Positions 12,699-23,667 of a stretch of 42,882 nt of DNA are shown here, piece by piece. The translations under genes were made by a program, and so were the position numbers. How positions within the stretch are numbered: the first letter of the stretch is position 1; each line of letters opens with the position of its first letter. The stretch is from Atractiella rhizophila (lineage: Eukaryota), in the NCBI GenBank assembly GCA_021432655.1, contig MU271293.1:62001-104882 (forward strand), in the 5' to 3' direction. The notes under the pieces are model-generated. The model did no database searches. It had not been told where the DNA came from and saw nothing but the letters and a program-made list of their open reading frames with translations.

Positions 12699-12958
12699 TT
12701 TTCGCGCTTCGAGGCACTGTAATATGAGATACAGTGTGTGCGGTGGCAAGTGGGAAAGAATAAGATGTCATTTGGCTAATTTTGACTGTGAAAGGGAAGG
12801 AAAATGACGAAGATAAGCCAGAGGCAGTTTTGGTGGTTGTGGGAATCGGTTACGCAAAGTTGACCACGACGTAACCTTATCTGGGTGGTCGGAAATTGTG
12901 AAAGGTGAGAGTCACAACCGTGCAGTATTGGATATCACCAGAACACCAGCAAAGCATC

Positions 12959-14671
12959 ATGGTACGCCGTCCTTCCATCTTCCACTAGTTGTCTTATGGG
13001 GAACGGCGCAGAACCGCCTATTTGGCTCCAAGCCCTCAGCGCCGCCACCCTCGATTAAGGACGCGATCGGGAGCACTGAGGAACGGATGGAAGGTATCCA
13101 GAAGAAGATTGATAAGTTGGATGGGGATTTGAGGAAGCAGAAGGAACAGATGTCAAAGTTGAGGGACGGGCCGGGGAAGGTGCGTGCTTTTCTACATTGG
13201 AATTGAAGGGAAGACAGTCCATTGTGCTCCTGAGCGGACAGAGAGGAATGGTTGTGCTTTTCGTGCGAGATGAGAGGCCTGTATCGACAGAATGGCAGCA
13301 TTCTTGCGTACCATCAATGCCTCCTTCCCTGCTCTCTCTCTCCACTCGCCTTTTCTTCGTTTGTTTGCAGTTGAGCAGTTGAGCTGTTGTAGTGTAGTGC
13401 ACTGATTCTGAGAGAAACGAAGTGCAACTGAGTAAGTATATTAGAGGGCGAAGCAGATGTGAGTAAAACAGACTCATATATAGGGAAGGCGAAGGTTCAC
13501 CGTTGAAAAGTATCAAATTTAGGCACTCAACTCTCTTTGCCTTCCAGTGATGCAAGCTGGCTCATTCTGTGCGTTGCAGCTGAAGGCTGATATGAGAATA
13601 TGGCGTCGGGACATTTCCGCGCAGCGGTATTCCAGGTCGAACTGACTAGCATTTTTCTGTTCTTCTTATCTAACAGAGAAAGAACTGAGGAATTTTCGTT
13701 GCTTGAGATGCGATTTTTAAAGATGAAATACGTGGAATACGTATCATATCATCGAAAGAAGATCATATTCCAAGCTCTGTCCGTATCAACAAACCTCACA
13801 GCTAGGGTTGGTTCTCGCACAGCTGATCACGGCAAGTGTAGAGAAGCATACCTTCAGACAAGGCTCCTCCTTAATCTGAAGTCATTTCTTACTCTCCTTC
13901 ACTCCTCGGACGAGTCGTAGTCTACCTGCTGTTTTCTTTCCTTCCATTCTGTTAACAATGCTTTGAACGAGCCGAAAGGGAAAATATTCTGGAGAAATAT
14001 CTTCAGGATTCGAAATTATCAATTGTGCGGAGGTTTGTTGACGCCTCCATGTTACTTTAGGAGGACAAGCAATGACATCAAGGATCCATCTCTATTTATG
14101 GCGTGTGGTCAAAAAACCTGTGCTGATATACCGTTCTCCATAGCGTGCCGTGCAGACACGAGCATTATCGACGTTAAAGCAGAAGCGAATCTACGAGTCA
14201 CAACTCGCTCAGCTGCAGCAGACAACGTTCAACATGGAGCAAGCTTCGCTCATGACCGACAATCTACGGAACACGATGGCGACCTACGAAGCGATGAAGG
14301 TGGCCAATAAGGAGATGAAGAAACAATATGGAAAAGTGAACATCGATAAGATTGAGCGACTGCACGACGAGATGGAGGATCTCATCCTGCAAACTCAGGA
14401 GGTCGGTGAAATCATGGGCCGAACATATGAGACACCGGACGAGGTAGATGAGGCGGACTTGGAGGCGGAGCTCGAGGCGCTGGGAAATGAACTTGAAGAG
14501 GAGAAAGACGAGATACCGGCTTATCTTAAGACTGGATTGGGTGACGATTTATCGGTCCCGACCGAAGCACTGCCCGAAAGTTCTAGGGTACGCTTCCTCT
14601 CGTTTCCCTTTTTGTGCTAAATCGGTTTGGTATAGCCGGAAGCTGCTAAAGCATCACATGTCGCCACATGA
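12959..14671 (+). CDS. VPS60: ESCRT-III Snf7-family protein Vps60/CHMP5
   Basis: Exons 12959-12961 (ATG only), 13012-13179, 14144-14587 and 14636-14671 give MNRLFGSK...LRDGPGK|RAVQTRALSTLKQKRIYESQL...FNMEQA...NIDKIERLHDEMEDL...DEADLEAELEAL. Confidence 0.92.
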
Positions 14672-14825
14672 TTTGGAATATAGGCCAAGTATATTTTGTA
14701 TTTGTGATGTAGATTCAACAAAGTAAATGTAATGTCTTGCTGTCAAACGATTAATAAGGAAGATTCACACGACGAGCCATTTCAAGAAGGTAATACTAAC
14801 ACTCAGCAACAGAGAGGTTTATTCA

Positions 14826-15903
14826 TCACTCCACTTTCTTCTTCCTTCCCACCCTCTTCCACCCCAACCTATACCCGACCTTGACCAACGCCCAAACCAC
14901 ACCGACTGGCGGTATTAGCCAACACAAAGCCCATCCAACGCCTCCAATGTGAGCACTCAGCCGCTCTAAAACACCCTTCACCTGTTCCTCCAGCTCTTCT
15001 CTCGTCCCCACATTCTCCACTGTCCAATCCGCCCATTTCCTCTTCTCGTCCAAAGGCATCTGCGCAGCTATCCTTTCCTTCGCTTGCTCCTCGGATAGGT
15101 GCGGATTTCGAGAGAGTAACCGAGAGAGTTGGAGAGGAGGAGTGGTATACACTAGGACAATGGAGCCGCAAAGACGCCAGAGACCTGCTTCGATGAGCAA
15201 AGGAGCATCGACAACGACGATCTTGGACCCGGTGATCCAGTGCTTGATAATTTTCCAAAACAGAAGTCGTCGAACGGCGGGATGGACGATACGGTTCAGA
15301 ATCTTTCGTTCCTTCTCATCCTTGAAGACGATGGCTCCCAAAGCTTCTCGGTTGAGGGATGGCGGAGAGGTCGTGGAGTCGACTACAGGGGACCCAAAGT
15401 GCTTGACGATACGTCGATATGCTGATGTGTTGGGGAGAACAGCTTCGCGGGCGAGAACATCAAGGTCGATTATTGGAATGTCGTGTGAGTGGAGGATGTA
15501 GGACACTGAGGATTTGCCTGCCATATATTATTAGCTAAGACAATTGTTGGTTTTATATCCATGTTTTTATTTTATATCCACCGAAAACATGGGGTATTGC
15601 AGAACTTGCAGGCGTCCTGCTCTCAATCCCGCAAACATGTCGAGGTTTTGAAGAAACAGACGTTACAAGCTAAATAGTACTTGTCAGAAGAGCAGGGCAT
15701 ACAGCTTCGCTGATGCGACTTCTCAGTGCAGCATGCTCACTGCAGTGTATGCTCAAGGTGAATTGAGATGAATTGTAACATGATAATCACACAGAAGGAG
15801 GAAGGAGGAAGAACTGACCGGATGCAATTCCTCCTGTTAGGCCAACAACTGCTGAATTGTCAGCAAAGAATACGCATCAAGAAACCATAGACTTGCCTAA
15901 CAT
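14826..15903 (-). CDS. CAB5: Dephospho-CoA kinase (CoaE)
   Basis: Exons 15903-15897, 15848-15819 and 15518-14826 give ML|VVGLTGGIAS|GKSSVS (P-loop), IDLDVLARE, LNRIVHP, DAPLLIEA, RIAAQMP and a C-terminal hydrophobic tail. Intron 1 is GC-AG; intron 2 is 300 nt. Confidence 0.93.
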
Positions 15904-16206
15904 CTTACAAAGGACAATGTTGTCAATCTGAAAGAAGAAATAAGCTCACGTGAATCCGACCGCCTTCACTACACCTCGCATCACGTTGTTATGAACGGCG
16001 CCACCCTTCGAGCTGAGACTTGAATCAGAGGGTCGATTTGCCCTCAGCATCTCTGATTGATATAGCTGATATGTTTTGGTGCGGAATGTGTGCTCAACCC
16101 AAACAAGCAAGAAAGACTGCAGATAAAATGGAGTCAAAATCGTCAAAATGGGTTGAAAGGTGCATTAGTGCTACGTCTTGACAGTAGAACAGTCTAGACA
16201 AAGCAT

Positions 16207-19200
16207 TTACAAACTATAAAACACAAAAGTTGGGTTTGCTGGTTCGCTAGCCTCTCGTGCCGTCTTTTCCGTGTCCTTTTCTCCATCCTTCTGGCCATCC
16301 TCGACACTAACGATGACCACCTCGTCGAAAGCGAGCGCACGCTTCAGGTATGGCACAAGAGACTCTAGCAGAGTTCGCTCTTCGAAAAGGAGTGTACGGT
16401 TGAAAGCAGTGTCTGCGCCAAACTGTGTGATTCGCCGTTTGAATACTTGGATGAATGGCATCTGTTTCGTTCTCGTCAAGCAAAGTGGGAAAGGCGATGA
16501 GGAAGCCACATACCGCTCTCTTGTCCTTTAGCATCCCTGAACTGGCTAGTTTATTCTTGACCAGCTCATCATTCACCTTTGCCTCTTCAGTAGAGTAAGA
16601 CTCTTTCACAATCGCGACACACTTCTCCTGCCATTCTGGAAACTTGCTTGAAGTGTAGATCTTGACTCCCTTTTTCTTGTTCGCCGCATAAGACTGGCTC
16701 TTATCTTTACTCTTGCTCATCCGCCGAATGAAAGTATTCTCCCCATCTCTCGCGTTCTTGATTACGTCCCGTACATACGTTGCTTGGTCTAGAATGATCC
16801 GGTCGACGGCGGAGGTCGGTTCAGGATATCGGGCAAACTGGACAGACGTCTTCTCGCCAAGGACGTCGCTCCAGATGTGCTCCGTGATGTGTGGCATAAT
16901 GGGAACCATAAGTAGTGTCTGGACACGGATGAAGAGCATAACTAGGTCGACGTGCATGCCACCATCGTGTGCGCAGGCTTCGCGATACCAGTCTCGTGCG
17001 AGTTGTAGCTCGAAGAAGCCGTATTTCAGGGCGTCTTTGAACGAACTCCTGCATTGTAGACATATTAGTCTCGGATCAGGATCAACAAAGGAGACAACGA
17101 ACACTTCGTAAGCTTCCTTAGCTTTAATAATTGCTGAGTTGATCTCGCTCTCAAACACTTTGTCATAAAATTTGTCTTTCGGCCCAGTGCGAAGTTGATC
17201 CTTCGTCGTCATCATCTCCTATGTCTCCATATTAGCCTGTATTACCTGAGTGGGCGGAAGACCCACCTTGAACCACTCTTGGAGCACAAATAGCCTCAAG
17301 ATCCCAGCATTGGCTCCTTGCTCTTCAAAATTGGCGTCATCCATTCCGTCACCAGAGTCAGCCAGGGCCATCCTTGTCGCGTCAGCACCGTACTTGACCG
17401 TGCATTCTTTAAGAGTGGCGAAGTTGCCACTCGACTTGCTCATTTTCGCTCCATTCATCATAAGATGACCGTTTGCTCGCATGGAAAGGGGCCAATGTTT
17501 TTCGTCGAAGAGTGCGCAGTGAACGTAGATGCAGAATGTAAGGTGGTTTCCGATAAGGTCTTTACCTGAAGATCGGATCGTCATAGGGTACCAATATTCA
17601 AAGTGTCGTTTGAGTATGTCAGCTTTCTCCTTCGAGAGCGAGGCTGGTGACGGATTTTCAGGGAATGGTTTGCCGCTGTATAGATAGTCCCAAATCTCGT
17701 CCGTCATTTCTTCAGGCTTGATGCCCAGCGGTCCTTCAGTCGCAGCGTGGAGAGGGTATCCTGTCCATCGCTTCCTCATGAGCCTCTTCACAGAAAAAGC
17801 AAACGGGGAAGCTCTCACCGTGCAGAAGGTGGCAGATGGTGTAGTAAGCCATATAGATCGTGGAATCACTGAGACCCTCAACAAGGTATTGGGGATCCCA
17901 AGGGATCCTTGTTCCCAGTCCGTATGTTCGCGAGCACGCCCATTCATGAAGCCAGCCAAGGACATGATTGAAGGCATGACGGGTCTCAGGGTTGTAGAGC
18001 TCCATGCGATTCACGAGCCTATTTTCTCATAAAGCAATCGTAGAAGATGAGAGGAGCAACGCACTTCTCCGCTTTCTGCAGCCAGCCGTCTTGACCATAA
18101 TCGAGATACCACTGATCGCAAAGCGCGACTACGCACTCATCCGCACTTCGCGACATGACAAGACTTTCAGGTTCGAAGTAGAGGAATGCGTCCCCAGCGT
18201 CGAGCAGGTCCTTCTTCACCTTCTCCTTCGCATCTTGGACAGGCTGCCCCTTGTATGGTCCAATGGTCATGGTGCCCTTGTAGAAACCTTCTTGATATGC
18301 CTTCTCCTTTGCTTCTAGAAGTTGTTTGGAGTCTTTCGGAGAGTTGACCTTGAGTTGTTCACAAAGGGTTTTTGCAGACATGTCGCCGTAGGAAGGAGTA
18401 GAGAGGACGGAAATCGGTTCAGCGGATGCCCAGAGAGCATCGATTTTGTAGAAAGGTGCTTTCTTTTTCAGCTCAGCCAGGGTAATCCAATCGTCTGGTG
18501 AATCGGAAGGCACGCAGGTGACAACTCCGGTGCCCTGACTCCCAAGGTCAGTATCAATCTGGGACGTAAGGAGCACACGTACTTTAGTTGCCAGGACTGT
18601 TTCCATAGGAAGAATGTGGACTTGCTGATGGACAGACAATGGAGCTTTGATCTTCGTGCCAATGAGACTCTCTCCTTTCACCTCAACAAGTAGATCTCTT
18701 TTTCCGTTCTCCTTCAGGATATCTTGGTACGACATATTCCGGGCTGCTCGATGAGTGCACAGATAATACTCGTTCGGTTTGTTCGAGGCGAAGATACCAT
18801 ACTTGATAGTCGAAGAGACAAAACAGTTTGTTTGACCGTACCTATTCGTCGTCAGCGCGTTCTATTGAAGGACACAAACGACGGCCAGCGCGTACATTGT
18901 TTCGGGTCGGAGGGTAGCGGCGATGAAGAACACTTTCTTTCCTTCGACAATGTTCTTGATCTCCTCCGCCCTCTCTCCCCATTCCACTACCTCCATCTTG
19001 ATACCTGTGTACTCTTGTGGCCCAACTCCCTCGCCACTGGACCGATCGTGGTCCATACAAGGTTGTCCGTCCTTCTCCGAGTAAATGGTATTCCGTTTCC
19101 CGTATTTGACGTAGTTGAGCTCTCGTAGACGGTTCATTTGCCATCGGACGAAGGAATCGTACCAAGGGTTTATATCTGTGGTAAGGAAAGAACGGCGCCA

Positions 19201-20288
19201 ATCAATCCGTGCTCCAAAGTTCGTGAGGTCTTCCTACTCCCCTTCACTCAGTCATGTTGTAAATGAAATAAACAAACGTCTTACAATAGCAACGTTAGGG
19301 AAATAGGAAAGCCAATGTTTGGCATCAGCAAACTTCTTGATCTCTGCTCTTGGCACTCCGATGCTTTCCATGATCTGAAATTGGTACTGAAGACCTGTAT
19401 TCTTTGCTGCTACTTTCCCTTTCTTTGATTTGCTCTGATCGGTTGATTTGGCTTTCGAGGACGACGCTACCGCTTCGTCCGCCTGAACTTCAGCATCGTA
19501 CCCTGAAAAGTCCTCTCCAAAAAGCTCGATCTCTCTGACGATTTTGTCGGCTGCAGCCTGTGGCGATGATGAGATCAGGCACAGCAAGTGCAGGAACAAC
19601 ATACTTTGATTGGCATACCGGTGCAGTGGAATCCGAAGGGGAAAAGCACCCTTTTGCCCAACATCCTTTGGTATCCAGCTGTGAACTCGATTTTCGTAAT
19701 TGAAAACGAGTGTCCGAGATGCAGGGAACCATTCATGTATGGAACTGCAAAGCGTCAGAGATTCACTAACTGAATACACGATGCAGCTTACAAGGAACTA
19801 ATATCAGCATCCATCAGCTCCATCGATGAAAATGAGAAAAATAAACGCACACGTCCCAAACCATTTGTCCTTCTTCTCATACTCCGCTTCATCTGTCGGA
19901 ATCTCGCTTTCAAATACTTTTTCTTCCTTCCAGCGCTTCTGTACAGCTTTCTCTATTGATATCAGGTAGTCTCGTCTGGTGGTCTGGTCAGAAACAAATA
20001 TCAGCTACAGAACACCGTAATTATTGTGTGGCATTCCTTACGAAAAGAAATAGAAAGATGAGAGTAGAACGACGTCTTTTGCAAATGCTAGCTTCTACAT
20101 CCATGTTGAACACTTTGATAGTTCAAGATGTTGGTATGCTCGATTTAAAGCAGATTGTTCAAGCAGTGACACTAGCCACTTTCCAATCTATCTAGCCCCG
20201 CAATCCTACCAAGGAGGCAGACAGAAGAACCCACGTTTTCCATCTTCACGAGCTCCTCCTTTTCCTTGCCAGGACCAACATTCGCCAT
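16207..20288 (-). CDS. CDC60: Cytoplasmic leucyl-tRNA synthetase
   Basis: Multi-exon. [16 protein letters not shown] (HIGH motif), [25 protein letters not shown] (CP1 editing domain), GKDLIGNHL and [11 protein letters not shown] (KMSKS motif). Confidence 0.97.
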
Positions 20289-20471
20289 CTTGCTAGAACT
20301 CTTGAATCTCTTAAAACTTTGAATACTCTGAAATCTCTCTGGTGTAAGCCGAAAGGAGCCTCTATACAAGTACAATCGCGTTTGCGGTGAGAGGGATAGG
20401 CGCTGAATTTTGGGAGATCGAGATGAGAAATGGAAACGCGGGTTTTGAAGACAACTTGGAAGGGAATGACG

Positions 20472-20585
20472 TGAGTCACATGAGTCACCCTGATCAATAA
20501 TCACTGACACACTGACTGTGAACACTGAACGTTTGAATTCAGAAGGAACTTGCCTGCCCTTTTAGATATCTCTTCAGATGAGTCA
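20472..20585. promoter_or_regulatory. Three TGAGTCA (Gcn4/CpcA/AP-1-type) elements upstream of LeuRS
   Basis: TGAGTCA at 20472, 20481 and 20579, about 185-300 nt upstream of the LeuRS ATG, with an adjacent TGACGT. Confidence 0.6.
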
Positions 20586-20608
20586 CGGCCCCTGAGTTAA
20601 CTCTCCAG

Positions 20609-20643
20609 AAAATTGCAGTAAAAATTGCAGTAAAATTGCAGTA
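20609..20643. repeat. 11-12-bp tandem repeat x3 (AAAATTGCAGTA)
   Basis: Directly visible in the divergent intergenic region between LeuRS and the F-box gene. Confidence 0.9.
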
Positions 20644-20691
20644 AGAATTTGCTCAATACGTCTGAAACTTTGACCCTCTTCTCTTGCGCAG

Positions 20692-22294
20692 ATGGCTTCC
20701 TCACACTCTCCTCAGACTGAATTGAACGGTCAGACTTTATTCCACAACTACGAGAGCGATATGCTTCATGCTGAAGAATGGGTGCCTCATTCGGACGCTA
20801 TACTTCGACCTAGGATATATTGCGGTTGGACCCTCCCATTTCTGCGATCGACACCTGTTAAAACAGTTACATTTCACACTTCGAGGCGGAGTACATAACT
20901 TATGGAAAACTCTTGAAACTGCCTCAATACCGGAATCACACATCGTTGCACATTTATCTTGCCACTGCAAATGACGATGACTTTATCGCAATCGAGTTCC
21001 TTGACGAGCAGGAGCAACGTTTTGTTTCACAAAAGATTTGTGCAATTAACATTTCATTCCAAAACACTGATGGTTTCTGCCCAATAAACCAATTGCACGT
21101 CCGCTCTGCATTGGAATGGGACACTTCTTTTGATCGGGTCGGTTATGAAGACTCTTAATTATGTCTTTCAGCTTAGCACCGTTGCAGTTAAACACGTTTT
21201 CGATATTTTACCGCTGGAAAAATTTGATTCAATCTTCAGACATTTGGCTGGTGGACTTGGAATTATTTCCGATGGCTTTCTGCAATATGCTCTTGTCTGC
21301 AGATCATGGTGGCAGCACAGCTATTGCTGGCAAGAGGAGCCATACAGAGCCTTTGACACACTCAAGTCACTGCATCTATGTCCTACTCAAAGAAGGATAT
21401 GGAAGCAGCTGCAGTTTCAAGAGACCGATAGAAATGAAGGTGTTCATCTCCCTTACTTGGCAACTACGCTTTACAATTTTCAATCACAAATTATTTCCGT
21501 TGATCTTGTCCGTCCGTCCAGCACCATTGAAGAAAAAACCTTGTCGGCCCTCGCTCAACCAGATACCGTGACATCGCTGAGACTTGATGGTTGGACAGAA
21601 TGGATCATTTGCGAGTCTTTCCAGCTCTCATATTCTTGGACACATTTGAAAGTGTTGTTCTTTTGTCGTTGTTTACCCTCTCAGCTGCAGGATGTGACTC
21701 CACGGCGCTACACCCCAAACCTTGACAGTCTAGGGTTGCTTGGTGTAACCATTGGTCAGCTACTCCTGTCACGATTTCTGAATGTTTTATTGGCGATCGA
21801 TTTGTCATTGTGCAATCCTCTATACTGTGATTTGTCACATGAAAGAGCCACGTTGACCTCTCTACACTTGGATCTTTCTCGAGCTCCAGGAGCGGAAATG
21901 CTTCATGTTCGATTGGAACGAGAAATAAACATACACAAGTTCCCAATCTTCAAACATTGATCATCGATGGAGGCCAGCAGCTAAGCAACCTGCTTCCCTT
22001 CGACTTCTTCTTCCATTGCACATGCATCAATAATTTGTCGTTCAGTTACTGCGGCGTGGGATTCACTGGATTTTTGGAGTTTGTCCGAAAACTGCTCTCT
22101 CCATCCAACATTCCTAAACGGTCTGATTTTCTCCGGCTATCTATCATTCTTTTTTCTGCGATTGGACAGAAGAGGATGTTCGGACAGCTCACAAGATGGC
22201 TTCACAGTTGAGGAAAAAGAAGGAGACTAGGATTGGGTGGATTACCACTAGAGTTGTCGAAGGAGGAGATGAAACTGAAGATGAGTTCGATTAA
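20692..22294 (+). pseudogene. F-box protein with an LRR-like C-terminus, disrupted by frameshifts (pseudogene or assembly errors)
   Basis: F-box-like segment ILPLEKFDSIFRHL...YALVCRSW and LRR-like segments VTSLRL, LKVLFF, LDSLGL and LTSLHL. The frame breaks at about 21957 and 22150 with no splice signals, and the upstream frames are also discontinuous. Confidence 0.55.
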
Positions 22295-22415
22295 TTGAAC
22301 ACATTTCTTTAAATGTAAACACGCTAAAGTCTTTGCTTGTCAATGAAAAGGCTGAAATGCAGTTGTTTGTGGAATGGATCATGCATGCAAACAATCAAGC
22401 TCGGCATTTTCAATG

Positions 22416-23429
22416 TCACTTTCTTCTCCAAACAGCAATCTTTGATCCCTGGAACCTCCCCTGCTCCAGCGGAGTCTCCAAACTGAGCATCTCGAAACTC
22501 TCCTTCAGAACATCTTCGTAGCTAGCATATTGAATGTTAGTACCGTCTATCAGTACGTGGTCATGACTACTGGAGGAGGTAGGAATGGACGCACTGTTCG
22601 GGTTGACAAAAATATGGCGGCCCTTCTTTTCTTTCATCTGGATACATCATTGAGTCAGGGATTCTAAAACTGTCAGGAAGATTGAAAGGGATGCACCCAT
22701 GGGCCACATTAGAGTGATGAGATATCCTCCTTGGGTGATAAGCGCGGCATACCGCTTGCCCCAATCCGGTCTCATGGTTGGTGGGAGAGCCACGAAGAAC
22801 CTGATTAGGACCTTTAATGTTCTATTTAACTTGAATGAAAAAAGAAATACAAACGTGAAATCATATGCGAGACCAAACCCACCAGCGGGGGATGGGAACT
22901 TGAAGAAGTCGTCACAGACGTATTTCACCCTCTCTTTTGCGGGGGGAATTGCTCGCGTTTGTGGCTAGCCACTTCTCTACTTCAGTCACTTATCACGCCT
23001 GGGACAGAACTCACTTCCTGCGCCTTAGAGACGGCTGTTGGACTTATGTCGATACCCCAGCTTTCGATGTCAAGGATGGAAGCGACAAGGAGGGGATCAT
23101 ACCCCTGAAGAAAGATGATGAATCGTATGAATGCGTTACTTTGGCCTGAAAGCACAATGCTTACCCTCCCACATCCAGCTACCAAGGCACGTCCATCCCT
23201 TGGCCATTCAACTCCAGCAGGAGGAGATTTCAATATAGCTTTCGAGTGCGGGTTGAGAGCGAGCATCGTCCCAAGGCTAACGGTCAAGTCATCAATGAAA
23301 CATGTGACACGACTGGTTAGATCGACCCACAGTCGTACCTTGCTTCCAAGTCCCATCCCATCCCTCAGCCGCTAGGACAGAGTTCATCCGTTTGAGCTGT
23401 TCTTCACGAGGAAGGATTGGAGTAGCCAT
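22416..23429 (-). CDS. SAM-dependent thiol/halide methyltransferase (TPMT/HOL-like), with one apparent +1 frameshift
   Basis: W..GTT|PWDDARSQPAL, RALVAGCGR|GYD, GIDISPTA, DDFF, YDFT|FFVALPP..R..W, LITLMWP and GPPY. An extra base at 23240-23242 separates PWD from GCGR. Confidence 0.85.
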
Positions 23430-23667
23430 TTCTACAAACGACGAAGACCTCAGCTGCCCTATATGATATGATATGATGGTACAGGCTCGTCCCACGGTCT
23501 GCGGTCAGTCGGCGAAACGAGAGAGCGGATTGCTGCGGGATTTATTTATCCAGTGTTTTGGTTTGGATCTTTTATATGATGCTTGCTTTCTGCGCAGCGA
23601 CATTTTTTAACTCCGACCGCCTGCAACTTTTGAGTCTCTGATCTGTGGCACTCTCTGTATCAATACC

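Noticed and set aside
13180..14143. Box C/D snoRNA in the long VPS60 intron (BNA6 intron also checked)
   Set aside because: No canonical RUGAUGA...CUGA pair with a terminal stem was found on the sense strand. H/ACA RNAs cannot be judged by eye.
15697..15752. TPP riboswitch or hammerhead ribozyme in CoaE intron 2 (CUGAGA and CAGCGAAG on the sense strand)
   Set aside because: It lacks the TPP P4/P5 core (CCUGAU...UAAU...GCG) and the hammerhead CUGANGA...GAAA arrangement, so it is kept only as an unassigned structure.
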